Position numbers and translations under genes: made by a program
Notes under the pieces: generated by a model
The model's database searches: none
Told to the model about the DNA's origin: nothing
What the model saw: only the letters and a program-made list of their open reading frames with translations
In this document: piece by piece, positions 25,965 to 34,299 of the stretch
Numbering within the stretch: the first letter of the stretch is position 1
Layout of the letters: the number at the start of each line of letters is the position of its first letter
Origin: an uncultured Eubacteriales bacterium
Lineage (GTDB): Bacteria; Bacillota; Clostridia; Oscillospirales; UBA644
Reading direction: 5' to 3'
Length of the DNA: 36,969 bases
Assembly: GCA_934481505.1 (NCBI GenBank)
Contig: CAKSPP010000001.1
Coordinates: 1-36,969 of the forward strand

Positions 25965-26285
25965 ATGGAAATAGACATAACCTCCGCAAATTTTGAAAAC
26001 GAAGTGACTCTTTCGGCAAAGCCCGTGCTTCTCGATTTCACCGCAGGCTGGTGCGAAGAATCAAAGAAAATTCAGCCGGCAATAAAGGAGATTGCAAAAG
26101 AACATCCCGAAATTACGGTCGGGAGAATAGACGTCGACCGTTCTCCCGAAATTGCGGACAGATTCGGTGTTACAAACGTCCCGTCCTTTCTTTTGTTCAG
26201 GGACGGACATCTTTCGGTTTTTTCAACGGGAAATCAGACCAAAGAAACGATAATTGACATCCTTTCGGAACGGGGAGATATATAA
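25965..26285 (+). CDS. Thioredoxin-fold protein with monothiol WCEES active site
   Basis: PVLLDFTAGWCEESKKIQPAIKEIA...NVPSFLLFRDG aligns to the thioredoxin pattern. I re-read the codons as tgg tgc gaa gaa tca, so WCGPC is replaced by WCEES. The cis-Pro (VP) is retained. AAGGAG lies 8 nt upstream of the ATG at 25965. Confidence 0.8.
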   Translation: MEIDITSANFENEVTLSAKPVLLDFTAGWCEESKKIQPAIKEIAKEHPEITVGRIDVDRSPEIADRFGVTNVPSFLLFRDGHLSVFSTGNQTKETIIDILSERGDI

Positions 26286-26332
26286 AAACAGGGGTGTGAG
26301 CAATATTTCACAAAAAAATCGAAAAATACTTG

Positions 26333-26361
26333 TTGCTTTTTGATATATTTTGTGTTATACT
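26333..26361 (+). promoter_or_regulatory. Putative promoter of tRNA-Arg(TCT)
   Basis: TTGCTT-N17-TATACT with an extended -10 TGT. It ends 25 nt upstream of the tRNA 5' end. Confidence 0.55.
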
Positions 26362-26385
26362 TGACAAGGTCAAAAGACCGCTCAC

Positions 26386-26462
<77 letters not shown>

Positions 26463-26463
26463 A

Positions 26464-26497
26464 ATGGGGATAACGCACGGTTATCCCCATTTTTTTC
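26464..26497 (+). terminator. Intrinsic terminator after tRNA-Arg(TCT)
   Basis: ATGGGGATAAC-gcacg-GTTATCCCCAT (11-bp perfect stem) followed by T7. Confidence 0.85.
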
Positions 26498-26531
26498 CAT
26501 AAAACCGGACTTGTTTTGGGAGGTGTCCGCC

Positions 26532-28022
26532 GTGAAAACGAAAAAAAGATTTTTGTTCGCAAAAAATCTCGGAATAACGCTTTCAGCCCTGCAGTTTATC
26601 GTTTCGGCTATCTTCTGCTGGCAGCTTTTCAGGGTAAATCTGCTGCCCGACAGCATTTCAATAGGCATTACCGTAATTCTTTTCCTGCTTTGCGTAATAA
26701 CGCTGCTTTTACAGTTCAGATATAAATCGGGAATTGTCGGTAAAGTCATTTCCGTACTTCTCGCAATAGCTTTGCTTTTCGGCTCGACCGTTCTCGGTGA
26801 CGTTGCAAACACCATAAAGAGAATGAACGACAACGCAGGTTCACAGACCGAAAAGATATGCGTATACATTATGGCAAGCAGAGAAATTCCGTCCGACAGC
26901 GAAGCCGCCGATTTCACCTACGGAATTCTGGCGTCGGCTCACGGCGAATCTCTCAATAATATGATGAATATACTTACCGATAAATTCGGTAAGTCGCCGA
27001 AGACCGCGGAATATAAGACCGCCGAAGACCTTGCCGAAGCTCTTTACGACGGCAAAGTAGAAGCAATAATTCTCGGCGATTCGTTTATTCCCGTTATTAC
27101 CGATATCGAAACCTATCAGAATTTCGAAACAGAAACAAGGATTCTCTATTCGGAAGAATTTTCAATCACCGTTGACAAGAACGATAAAACGCTGAAAGGC
27201 GACACGATAGTAATGTACCTCAGCGGTATCGACAGATTCGGAGAAGTTACGTCGGTCAGCCGAAGCGACGTCAATATTATAGCGGTTGCAAACCTCAAAA
27301 CAAAAGAAGTCCTCCTTGTAAACACTCCGAGAGACTATTATGTAAACCTTAAATTCGATAACGGCAAATATTCCGCAACACCCGATAAACTCACTCATGC
27401 AGGTCTTTACGGAATAAATGTTTCGATGAACACCCTCGAAACGATATACGACAATCTCAAATTCGATTATTATTTCCGTGTAAACTTTACGGGCTTTATG
27501 AAGATAATCGACGCTCTTAAAGGTATCGACGTATATGTTCCGAAGAGTTTCAACGCGTGGGGAACATATATGACCCACTTCACAAAGGGCTGGACTCATA
27601 TGGACGGCAAGATGGCTCTTGACTTTGTCCGTGAAAGACACAGCTTTGCCGACGGAGACAACCAGCGAGGCAGAGACCAGATGGCTGTTATTTCGGCGAT
27701 AATACAGAAAGCGTCGTCACCCTCCGTAATTTCGGGCTATGCCGACATTCTCGACAGCTTGCAGAGATATTTCCAGACGGATATGCCCTCCGAAGTCATT
27801 TCCGAAATCGTTAAAATGCAGATTGCCGACGGCGGAGAATGGTACGTCAGATCGGTAAGCGTAGAGGGTAACGGAGCTTACGAAGTTCCTTATTCGATGT
27901 CCACAAAACAGTGGGTCATGATAAGAAACAACGCTAAGGAAGAAGAGATAAAGGAACTTATTCAGAAAGTTCTTGACGGAGAAAGCATAAAAGAAGAAAC
28001 CGAAAATGACAGCAACGAATAA
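26532..28022 (+). CDS. LytR-CpsA-Psr (LCP) family cell-wall glycopolymer transferase
   Basis: N-terminal TM segments followed by the LCP core: LLVNTPRDYYV, THAGLYG, and ALDFVRERHSFADGDNQRGRDQM. A GTG start at 26532 follows GGGAGG by 8 nt. The ORF-track ATG at 26511 lacks an RBS. Confidence 0.85.
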   Translation: MKTKKRFLFAKNLGITLSALQFIVSAIFCWQLFRVNLLPDSISIGITVILFLLCVITLLLQFRYKSGIVGKVISVLLAIALLFGSTVLGDVANTIKRMNDNAGSQTEKICVYIMASREIPSDSEAADFTYGILASAHGESLNNMMNILTDKFGKSPKTAEYKTAEDLAEALYDGKVEAIILGDSFIPVITDIETYQNFETETRILYSEEFSITVDKNDKTLKGDTIVMYLSGIDRFGEVTSVSRSDVNIIAVANLKTKEVLLVNTPRDYYVNLKFDNGKYSATPDKLTHAGLYGINVSMNTLETIYDNLKFDYYFRVNFTGFMKIIDALKGIDVYVPKSFNAWGTYMTHFTKGWTHMDGKMALDFVRERHSFADGDNQRGRDQMAVISAIIQKASSPSVISGYADILDSLQRYFQTDMPSEVISEIVKMQIADGGEWYVRSVSVEGNGAYEVPYSMSTKQWVMIRNNAKEEEIKELIQKVLDGESIKEETENDSNE

Positions 28023-28824
28023 TATTTTTTGCTGTCCCGTCTGTAAGGCGGAGTTTTCGGAAGACAAAAACAGTCTTGTCTGCGAAAACGGACACCGTTT
28101 TGATATTTCGGCGTCGGGATATGTAAACCTGCTGCCGGTGCAGAAGAAAAATTCGAAAGTGCCGGGCGACTCAAAGGAAATGGTCATGTCCCGAAGAAAT
28201 TTCCTTTCAAAAGGCTACTATGAACCGCTCAAAGAAGCCGTCAAAAAAGAAATTTCTAAAATCGGCAAAGGCTTTGTCTTTGACTGCGGCTGCGGCGAGG
28301 GATATTATACCGACGGAATTGCCGAAGTCTCGGCAAAAACTTTCGGGATCGATATTTCGAAAATTGCCGTCGAGAAAGCCTCAAAGAAATATAAAAACGC
28401 GTTTTTTGCGGTGGCGTCGGCTTACGATCTTCCGGTTAAAAGCGAAAGCGTCGACATCGTCTGCGATATTTTCGCACCGCTTTCGGCGGAGGAATTTAAG
28501 AGAATTCTTGTCCCGGGCGGATATTTTCTCTATGTCGTTCCCGCCGAAAAGCACCTTATGAAAATGAAAGAAATCCTCTATAATAAGCCTTACGAAAACG
28601 CTTTTTCGAGGGCGGAATACGACGGATTTACCTATATCAAAAACGAAAAAATATCTTTTCCGATAGAAGTCAGCGGAAAAGAAGATGTTATGTCCCTTTT
28701 TACGATGACCCCGTATTCATGGAGAACTCCGAAAGAGGGAATTGACAGACTTGCAAAAACAGAAAAACTCTGCGACACGGCGGAGTTTTACATACACATA
28801 TTGAAGAAGAACACGGAGAGGTAA
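28006..28824 (+). CDS. rlmA: RlmA-type 23S rRNA (guanine-N1)-methyltransferase
   Basis: N-terminal zinc-ribbon CPVC...LVCENGHRFDISASGYVNLL followed by a class-I SAM MTase motif (FDCGCGEGYY). There is a 17-nt overlap with the LCP gene. Confidence 0.75.
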   Translation: MTATNNIFCCPVCKAEFSEDKNSLVCENGHRFDISASGYVNLLPVQKKNSKVPGDSKEMVMSRRNFLSKGYYEPLKEAVKKEISKIGKGFVFDCGCGEGYYTDGIAEVSAKTFGIDISKIAVEKASKKYKNAFFAVASAYDLPVKSESVDIVCDIFAPLSAEEFKRILVPGGYFLYVVPAEKHLMKMKEILYNKPYENAFSRAEYDGFTYIKNEKISFPIEVSGKEDVMSLFTMTPYSWRTPKEGIDRLAKTEKLCDTAEFYIHILKKNTER

Positions 28825-28828
28825 CAAA

Positions 28829-29881
28829 ATGAAACACAATCTTTGCGTAATAGGTTACGGCGGAATGGGCGGCTGGCATGTTCAGCACGCACTCGATTCG
28901 GACGTCGTAAACCTCGTGGGAATTTACGATATAAAAGAAGAGAGAAGACAGGCGGCAAGAGATAAAGGCATTTTTGCCTACAATTCGCTTGAAGAAGTCC
29001 TTGCCGACGAAAAAGTCGAACTCGTAACCGTCGCAATTCCGAACGACGTTCATCCCGAAGTCGTAATAAAAGCCCTTGAAGCGGGCAAAAACGTAATCTG
29101 CGAAAAACCCGTCGCGATAACCTCGGCGGAATTTCAGACGATGATAGACGCCGCTGAAAAGAGCGGAAAACTTTTCACCGTCCACCAGAACAGACGCTGG
29201 GATATCGACTATCTCGCAATGCAGTCTCTCTGCAATTCGGGCGAAATCGGAAAGCCGATAAACATCGAATCGCGTATCCACGGTTCGAGAGGAATTCCGA
29301 GCGACTGGAGAGGCAAAAAAGAGTTCGGCGGCGGAATGATTCTTGACTGGGGCGTTCATCTTATTGACCAGATGCTCCGTCTTAACACCGGGAAAATCAA
29401 AAAACTTTACTGCACCTGCACCAACATAACAAACGACGAAGTCGAAGACGGTTTTAAGCTCGAAATGTTCTTTGAAGACGGCTGCAGAGGATATGTCGAA
29501 GTCGGAACCTATAATTTCCTCGACCTTCCCCGTTTTTATATGCAGTGCGAAAAAGGTACCGCAAAAATTACGAAATGGAGCGAAAACTGCGAAGTCGCAA
29601 AGCTCAAACATTGGCACGAAAGCGAAGTCGTTCCCGTCAAAACGGCGGCAGGACTCACAAAAACCATGGCACCGCGTGACGAAATAACGCTTGACAGATA
29701 TAAGCTCGATATTCCCCATTCCGACGTCCACGATTTTTACAGAAATGTCTGCAAGGCCATAGAGGGAAAAGAAGAACAGCTCGTCCGCCTCGATCAGGTA
29801 ATGAGAGTAATGAAAGTTATGGAAGCCTGCTTCGAATCGGATAAAAAGGGTCAGGTTCTCACCTTCGCCGAAGGTCTTTAA
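28829..29881 (+). CDS. Gfo/Idh/MocA-family NAD(P)-dependent oxidoreductase
   Basis: LCVIGYGGMGGWH Rossmann start, VTVAIPNDVHPEV and ICEKP motifs typical of the family. GGAGAGG RBS. Confidence 0.85.
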   Translation: MKHNLCVIGYGGMGGWHVQHALDSDVVNLVGIYDIKEERRQAARDKGIFAYNSLEEVLADEKVELVTVAIPNDVHPEVVIKALEAGKNVICEKPVAITSAEFQTMIDAAEKSGKLFTVHQNRRWDIDYLAMQSLCNSGEIGKPINIESRIHGSRGIPSDWRGKKEFGGGMILDWGVHLIDQMLRLNTGKIKKLYCTCTNITNDEVEDGFKLEMFFEDGCRGYVEVGTYNFLDLPRFYMQCEKGTAKITKWSENCEVAKLKHWHESEVVPVKTAAGLTKTMAPRDEITLDRYKLDIPHSDVHDFYRNVCKAIEGKEEQLVRLDQVMRVMKVMEACFESDKKGQVLTFAEGL

Positions 29882-29890
29882 TAAAACATC

Positions 29891-29917
29891 AAGCCGCAAC
29901 CAAGTTGCGGCTTTTTT
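29891..29917 (+). terminator. Strong intrinsic terminator hairpin immediately upstream of the next RBS
   Basis: AAGCCGCAAC-caa-GTTGCGGCTT plus TTTT. The AGGAG RBS of the next gene starts 4 nt later. Confidence 0.8.
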
Positions 29918-29931
29918 ATAAGGAGAAACAG

Positions 29932-31413
29932 ATGAAGTATTTTACCGAAGACGTAATGAAATGCGAAAACATTTACAGCTCGGCAAAAAGCTGTGACCTT
30001 TTCGAAAAAATAACAGCAAGAGGAGAAAAAGATTTCCGAAATTCTCTGAAAGTTTTCGGGCTGCCGGACGGTCTTTCGGAAAAAGACAGTATCGATAAAA
30101 TTCTTGACTTTTTGAAAGAAAAACACTCCGAATTTGAAAAACTCAATAATGAAGCGAAGACCGAAAGCCTGAAAGTCATTCCCGAAGAGGCTGCGAAAAA
30201 GCTTTTTAAGGAAGACGAAGACCCCGCTATTTATATAGTAAGGGGCAGCAAAGCGGACGAAATCAAAATATACAAAGGAACATCCATCCCTTATGTTTCG
30301 GAATATGTTGTTCTGCAAAATACCGAAGTGATTTCCGGGCAGCTGCCGGAAGACTGGTACATTTGCGAATGTGTAGAGTTTTTCATTGACAACGGTATAA
30401 AAACAATGCGAATTTCTTTTCTTGACGGAGATGATCTGTCCGAATGTGCGATTTCTTTTTTTGACGCAGAACCTGTGCAAAAAATATACAGAATCGAGCC
30501 GTGCTTTGCCGAATGGGCGTATAACGACACTTCCTGGATGTATCTGAACTGTTTGGCTTTGGGAATTCTCGAAAAACGGGATCTTTCGGAAGATCTTCTC
30601 AACAATAAGGAAAAAAGACTTATTCCTCTTTCCGAAAGAATAGAAGAAACGGTGGATAAGAGAAAAATAACTCCCGAATTTATCGCCGAACTCGAAAAAC
30701 TCGGATTTGCAAAAGAAACCGAGGGCTTAACAAAGTTCGGTCACCTGTCGCAGCTTCGTTTCAAACCTCTTTTCGAAAAGGTTTTTAATCTCTATGAAGA
30801 CAGTCAGAAATCCTATGCGAAATACGGAGACAGCAAAAAATCCGAAACATTGAGAAAAGAAATAACGGATATTCTGAAAAGCAAGGGCTATGAGGGCGAA
30901 TTCCCGGAATTCAGCAAAAAGATCGGCGAAGAATACTGCACAATAATCGCCGCCTTAAATGTTGCATACCTTGATGCAACTGCGGAGTTCGTGTTCCTTA
31001 AAAACAATTCTCCTTTTGATAAATATGACATTTTCTTCGGAAAGCAAAACAGATATTCCATAGAATATCACGAAAATGAAGAGTCCGGCAAGGATTCTCT
31101 TGAAAATGTCATCGGAATCGTTGATAAATTCTTATCGGATGAAAAGCTTCCGAAGGAAGAGAAGAACCGCATTTGGACTGCGGGGAAAATTCCCGGAAAA
31201 TTCAGTTCCGCAGGTCCCTTGGCAATCATCTCCCTGATAATCGGATTCTTCGTTACCGTGGTCCTCGGAATTCTTTTTTGCGGAGTTTCTGTGCTTTTTA
31301 CAGGTTCCCTCGAAGTCTTTAACGAAATCTTCCTTTCAAAATTCTGGATTTATCTTTTGGTTTCGTCGCTTATTCCGTTCGGCTACCTTATGATAAAAAC
31401 AATTTCACGCTGA
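29932..31413 (+). CDS. Hypothetical 493-aa protein: large soluble N-terminal region with two C-terminal TM helices; no family recognised
   Basis: The ATG at 29932 follows AAGGAG by 6 nt. There is no signal peptide. The body is acidic, Lys/Glu-rich and helical. C-terminal hydrophobic segments are GPLAIISLIIGFFVTVVLGILFCGVSVLF and FWIYLLVSSLIPFGYLMI. Codon usage and the absence of stops support coding. Confidence 0.7.
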   Translation: MKYFTEDVMKCENIYSSAKSCDLFEKITARGEKDFRNSLKVFGLPDGLSEKDSIDKILDFLKEKHSEFEKLNNEAKTESLKVIPEEAAKKLFKEDEDPAIYIVRGSKADEIKIYKGTSIPYVSEYVVLQNTEVISGQLPEDWYICECVEFFIDNGIKTMRISFLDGDDLSECAISFFDAEPVQKIYRIEPCFAEWAYNDTSWMYLNCLALGILEKRDLSEDLLNNKEKRLIPLSERIEETVDKRKITPEFIAELEKLGFAKETEGLTKFGHLSQLRFKPLFEKVFNLYEDSQKSYAKYGDSKKSETLRKEITDILKSKGYEGEFPEFSKKIGEEYCTIIAALNVAYLDATAEFVFLKNNSPFDKYDIFFGKQNRYSIEYHENEESGKDSLENVIGIVDKFLSDEKLPKEEKNRIWTAGKIPGKFSSAGPLAIISLIIGFFVTVVLGILFCGVSVLFTGSLEVFNEIFLSKFWIYLLVSSLIPFGYLMIKTISR

Positions 31414-31418
31414 CAAAA

Positions 31419-31449
31419 CAGCCGCCATGTGACGGCTGCTTTCTTTTTA
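31419..31449 (+). terminator. Weak intrinsic terminator
   Basis: CAGCCG-ccatgtga-CGGCTG followed by CTTTCTTTTT. Confidence 0.45.
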
Positions 31450-31457
31450 TATTTTAT

Positions 31458-31486
31458 TTGACAAAAATGCAATATTGTGTTATGCT
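31458..31486 (+). promoter_or_regulatory. Putative promoter of the LRR surface-protein gene
   Basis: TTGACA-N17-TATGCT with an extended -10 TGT, about 45 nt upstream of the ATG at 31532. Confidence 0.55.
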
Positions 31487-31531
31487 ATATGTATATTTTT
31501 TACATATTTTCCAAATTTAGGAGATTTGACC

Positions 31532-34159
31532 ATGAAAATTTTAAGAAAGACAGCAGCGGTTATCCTATGTTTTATACTCATTGCCGCTCTTTTCCCTACG
31601 CCCGAATTTTCCGCCGCAGACGGAGAACTTATTGACGGCGTATCCTATAAAATCGACGGTGACCATGCGGTAGTTACCGGCTGCAGTGATACCGCAACGG
31701 AAATAACCGTCCGTTCGAAATATAACAACTATCCCGTAACCCAAATTGCCGATTCTGCCTTTAAGAATAAAACTTCTTTGAAAAAGGTAACGATTGCCAA
31801 CAGTGTTACAAATATAGGGAATTCTGCTTTTTACGGGTGTAGTGGACTTACAAGCATAACTATCCCCGACAGCGTAACAAGTATAGAAAATTATGCTTTT
31901 TACAAATGTACCGGACTTACAAGCATAATGATTCCCGATAGCGTAACAAGTATAGGACCTTACGCTTTTAACGGGTGTGAGTATGTTACATATATCTCTG
32001 CACCCATGAGATATTTAACAAAAAATAGTTTATCGCAGTTTCCCCAATTACTAACCGTAAAGATAGCCGACGGCTGCAAAACAATTGAAAAAAATGCTTT
32101 TAGCGGGAGAACAGATATAAAGAATATAACAATTCCCGACAGTGTAACAAGTATAGAAAATTCTGCTTTTTCCGGTTGTACCGGACTTACAAGCATAATG
32201 ATTCCTGACAGCGTAACAAGTATAGGAGAATCTGCTTTTGACGGTTGTAGAGGACTTACAAGCATAACGATTCCCGATGGTGTAACAAGTATAGGAGATA
32301 ATGCTTTTAACAGGTGTACGGGACTTACAGAGATAACTATTCCCGACAGTGTAACAAGTATAGGAGAATATGCCTTTTACGGTTGCTCCGGACTTACAAG
32401 TATAACGATTCCCGACAGCGTTACAAGTATAGGCTGGGATGCTTTTTCCGGTTGTACCGGACTTACAAGCATAACGATTCCCGACAGTGTAACAAGTATA
32501 GGAAATTGGGCTTTTTCCAGATGTGCAGGACTTACAAGCATAACGATTCCCGACAGCGTAACAAGTATAGGAGAATATGCCTTTTCCGATTGTACCGGAC
32601 TTACAAGCATAACGATTCCCGACAGTGTAACACATATAGGAAAATCTACTTTTTCATATTGCAAAAACCTTACAGATGTAAAACTTCCAAACAATTTAAC
32701 AGCCATAAATGATTATGTCTTTAATGGTTGCAAAAGCTTGAAAACTGTAAACCTTCCTAAAAATTTAACCTATCTTGGAATTTCTGCCTTTTCGAATACG
32801 GCAATAGAATCTATCGAAATTCCAAAGTCGCTTAGTAAATGCGGGACTTTTGAAGATTCAAAATATGGGCCGTTTAGTAATTGTTCCCAATTAAAGAATA
32901 TTACTTTTGAGGAGGGAATAACAACCATTCCTGACTATATATTTTCATATTGTGACGGGATTGAAACAATAACAATTCCTGATAGTGTGACAAAGATTGG
33001 ATGGTATGCTTTTTACGGCTGTTCCAGATTTGCAAGTATAACCATACCTGACAGCGTGACAAGCATAGGGTGGAATGCTTTTTCCAATTGTGAAAATCTT
33101 ACAATCCGAACAGTAAAAGGAAGTTATGCAGATACTTATGCACAAAATAATAGTATTCCGGTTTACTATTATCTGAACAAGATTACTCCCGAAACCCCTA
33201 TGGCTTCGACCCTCACTGAAAATTCCGTTGTTCTTGCCCCGACCGACGGATACGAATACCGTATGGACGACGGCGAGTGGCAGGACAGTAATGTCTTTGA
33301 AAATCTGACAAGAAACAGCAGTCACAAATTTTATCAGAGAATGAAAGCAACCGCAAACTGCCCCGAAAGTTTTTCAAGTCCTGCGGCTGATATTTCAACG
33401 CTCGACCACAATTACGGGAAAGAAATAATTCCTCCGACAAAAAACTCACCGGGATATACTCTTCATACCTGTACTCTTTGCGGAGATACATATAAAGACA
33501 ACTATACTTTTTACGAACCGGGCGAAACCGATCCGTTGATAGAAGTCTCTTCCGTCCGCGGTATTGTCGGCAATCAGGTCAAAGTCGCAATTTCTCTTAA
33601 AAATAACCCTGGGATAGCGTCCATGTCTTTGAAACTTGATTACGACGCAAATATCCTGAAACTTGTCAAGGTCGAAGACCGCGGAATTTTAGGTGAGCAG
33701 GTGCATAACCCGTCTCTCGGTGTGCCTTATTATCTGAGTTGGGTAAACGACACCGCTACCGAAAACTTCACCGAAAACGGAAATATCGTAATTCTTACTT
33801 TCGAAATTCTTGAAGATGCACCTCTCGGCAAGACCCCGATATCCGTTTCTTACGATTACGATGATTTCGACATTTACGACGTCAACGGAGAAAAGGTTGC
33901 ATTTGCAACACAAAACGGAACGGTAGATGTTGCCACCGTCCTGCTTGGCGACGTGAACGGCGACGGCATTGTAAACAATTACGACCGTCTGTTGCTTACG
34001 CGTTGGCTCGCGAAATGGCCCGAGGCTCTTGAAAAGGGCATAATCGAAGCCGCCGCCGATGTCAACTGCGACGGTAAGGTCAACAACCTTGACAGACTTA
34101 TCCTCACCCGCCACCTTGCCCATTGGGCAGAATACGCGACTTTGCCTTATACAAAATAA
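31532..34159 (+). CDS. Secreted BspA-type leucine-rich-repeat protein with C-terminal cohesin-like and dockerin modules
   Basis: Signal peptide MKILRKTAAVILCFILIAALFPTPEFSAADG. About 18 LRR units of ~23 aa (ITIPDSVTSIGxxAFxxCxGLTS). Then an Fn3-like segment, a CxxC segment (HTCTLCGDTYKDNY), and a cohesin-like beta-sandwich (GNQVKVAISLKNNPGIASMSLKLDYDANILKLVKVEDRG...). The dockerin has two Ca-loop repeats, DVNGDGIVNNYD and DVNCDGKVNNLD. GGAG RBS. Confidence 0.85.
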   Translation: MKILRKTAAVILCFILIAALFPTPEFSAADGELIDGVSYKIDGDHAVVTGCSDTATEITVRSKYNNYPVTQIADSAFKNKTSLKKVTIANSVTNIGNSAFYGCSGLTSITIPDSVTSIENYAFYKCTGLTSIMIPDSVTSIGPYAFNGCEYVTYISAPMRYLTKNSLSQFPQLLTVKIADGCKTIEKNAFSGRTDIKNITIPDSVTSIENSAFSGCTGLTSIMIPDSVTSIGESAFDGCRGLTSITIPDGVTSIGDNAFNRCTGLTEITIPDSVTSIGEYAFYGCSGLTSITIPDSVTSIGWDAFSGCTGLTSITIPDSVTSIGNWAFSRCAGLTSITIPDSVTSIGEYAFSDCTGLTSITIPDSVTHIGKSTFSYCKNLTDVKLPNNLTAINDYVFNGCKSLKTVNLPKNLTYLGISAFSNTAIESIEIPKSLSKCGTFEDSKYGPFSNCSQLKNITFEEGITTIPDYIFSYCDGIETITIPDSVTKIGWYAFYGCSRFASITIPDSVTSIGWNAFSNCENLTIRTVKGSYADTYAQNNSIPVYYYLNKITPETPMASTLTENSVVLAPTDGYEYRMDDGEWQDSNVFENLTRNSSHKFYQRMKATANCPESFSSPAADISTLDHNYGKEIIPPTKNSPGYTLHTCTLCGDTYKDNYTFYEPGETDPLIEVSSVRGIVGNQVKVAISLKNNPGIASMSLKLDYDANILKLVKVEDRGILGEQVHNPSLGVPYYLSWVNDTATENFTENGNIVILTFEILEDAPLGKTPISVSYDYDDFDIYDVNGEKVAFATQNGTVDVATVLLGDVNGDGIVNNYDRLLLTRWLAKWPEALEKGIIEAAADVNCDGKVNNLDRLILTRHLAHWAEYATLPYTK
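31856..32677 (+). repeat. In-frame tandem 69-bp repeat array (LRR cassettes): 2 units at 31856-31993, then 8 contiguous units at 32126-32677
   Basis: The units share ata acN att ccc gac agY gta aca agt ata gg... gct ttt ... tgt ... gga ctt aca agc with exact 69-nt phasing. I counted by hand: 32126, 32195, 32264, 32333, 32402, 32471, 32540, 32609. Confidence 0.9.
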
Positions 34160-34299
34160 ATGTGAGGGCTGATAAGGAAACTTTGATTTCTCACAGTAAA
34201 ATTCCCCGTTATTTTTTGAACAGCGGGGAAATGTTTTTAATAAAAACGCACGGCGTTTTGCACAAAGTGATCCCGGATAAAATCCGGAGTGAAATATCT

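Noticed and set aside
28700-29899. A 399-aa ORF on the minus strand, longer than the annotated plus-strand gene it overlaps.
   Set aside because: It is fully antisense to the Gfo/Idh/MocA gene, which has clear family motifs and an RBS. The antisense product is F/V/R-rich and low in complexity, with no RBS and no motifs. It is a typical stop-poor mirror frame in this codon-usage regime.
31856-32677. The regularly spaced repeats could be mistaken for a CRISPR array or a diversity-generating retroelement target.
   Set aside because: The 69-nt period is in-frame inside a long CDS and encodes LRR units, and there is no repeat/spacer alternation or cas gene. For a DGR there is no reverse transcriptase or template repeat in the window. 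The substitutions are also not restricted to adenine-templated positions (for example tgg, cct and gca variants).
32051-32712. ORFs of 194 aa (-), 132 aa (+) and 109 aa (-) with striking internal periodicity.
   Set aside because: They are alternative-frame or antisense readings of the 69-bp LRR cassettes. The periodicity is inherited from the real frame.
34160-34299. A convergent intergenic region with several small hairpins (TTCCCCG...CGGGGAA, AAAACGC-acg-GCGTTTT, CCGGA-taaaa-TCCGG) and a 60-aa ORF at 34123-34305.
   Set aside because: The stems are short or have large loops. I cannot confidently assign which, if any, is the terminator for either gene. The ORF overlaps the LRR gene end and has no RBS.
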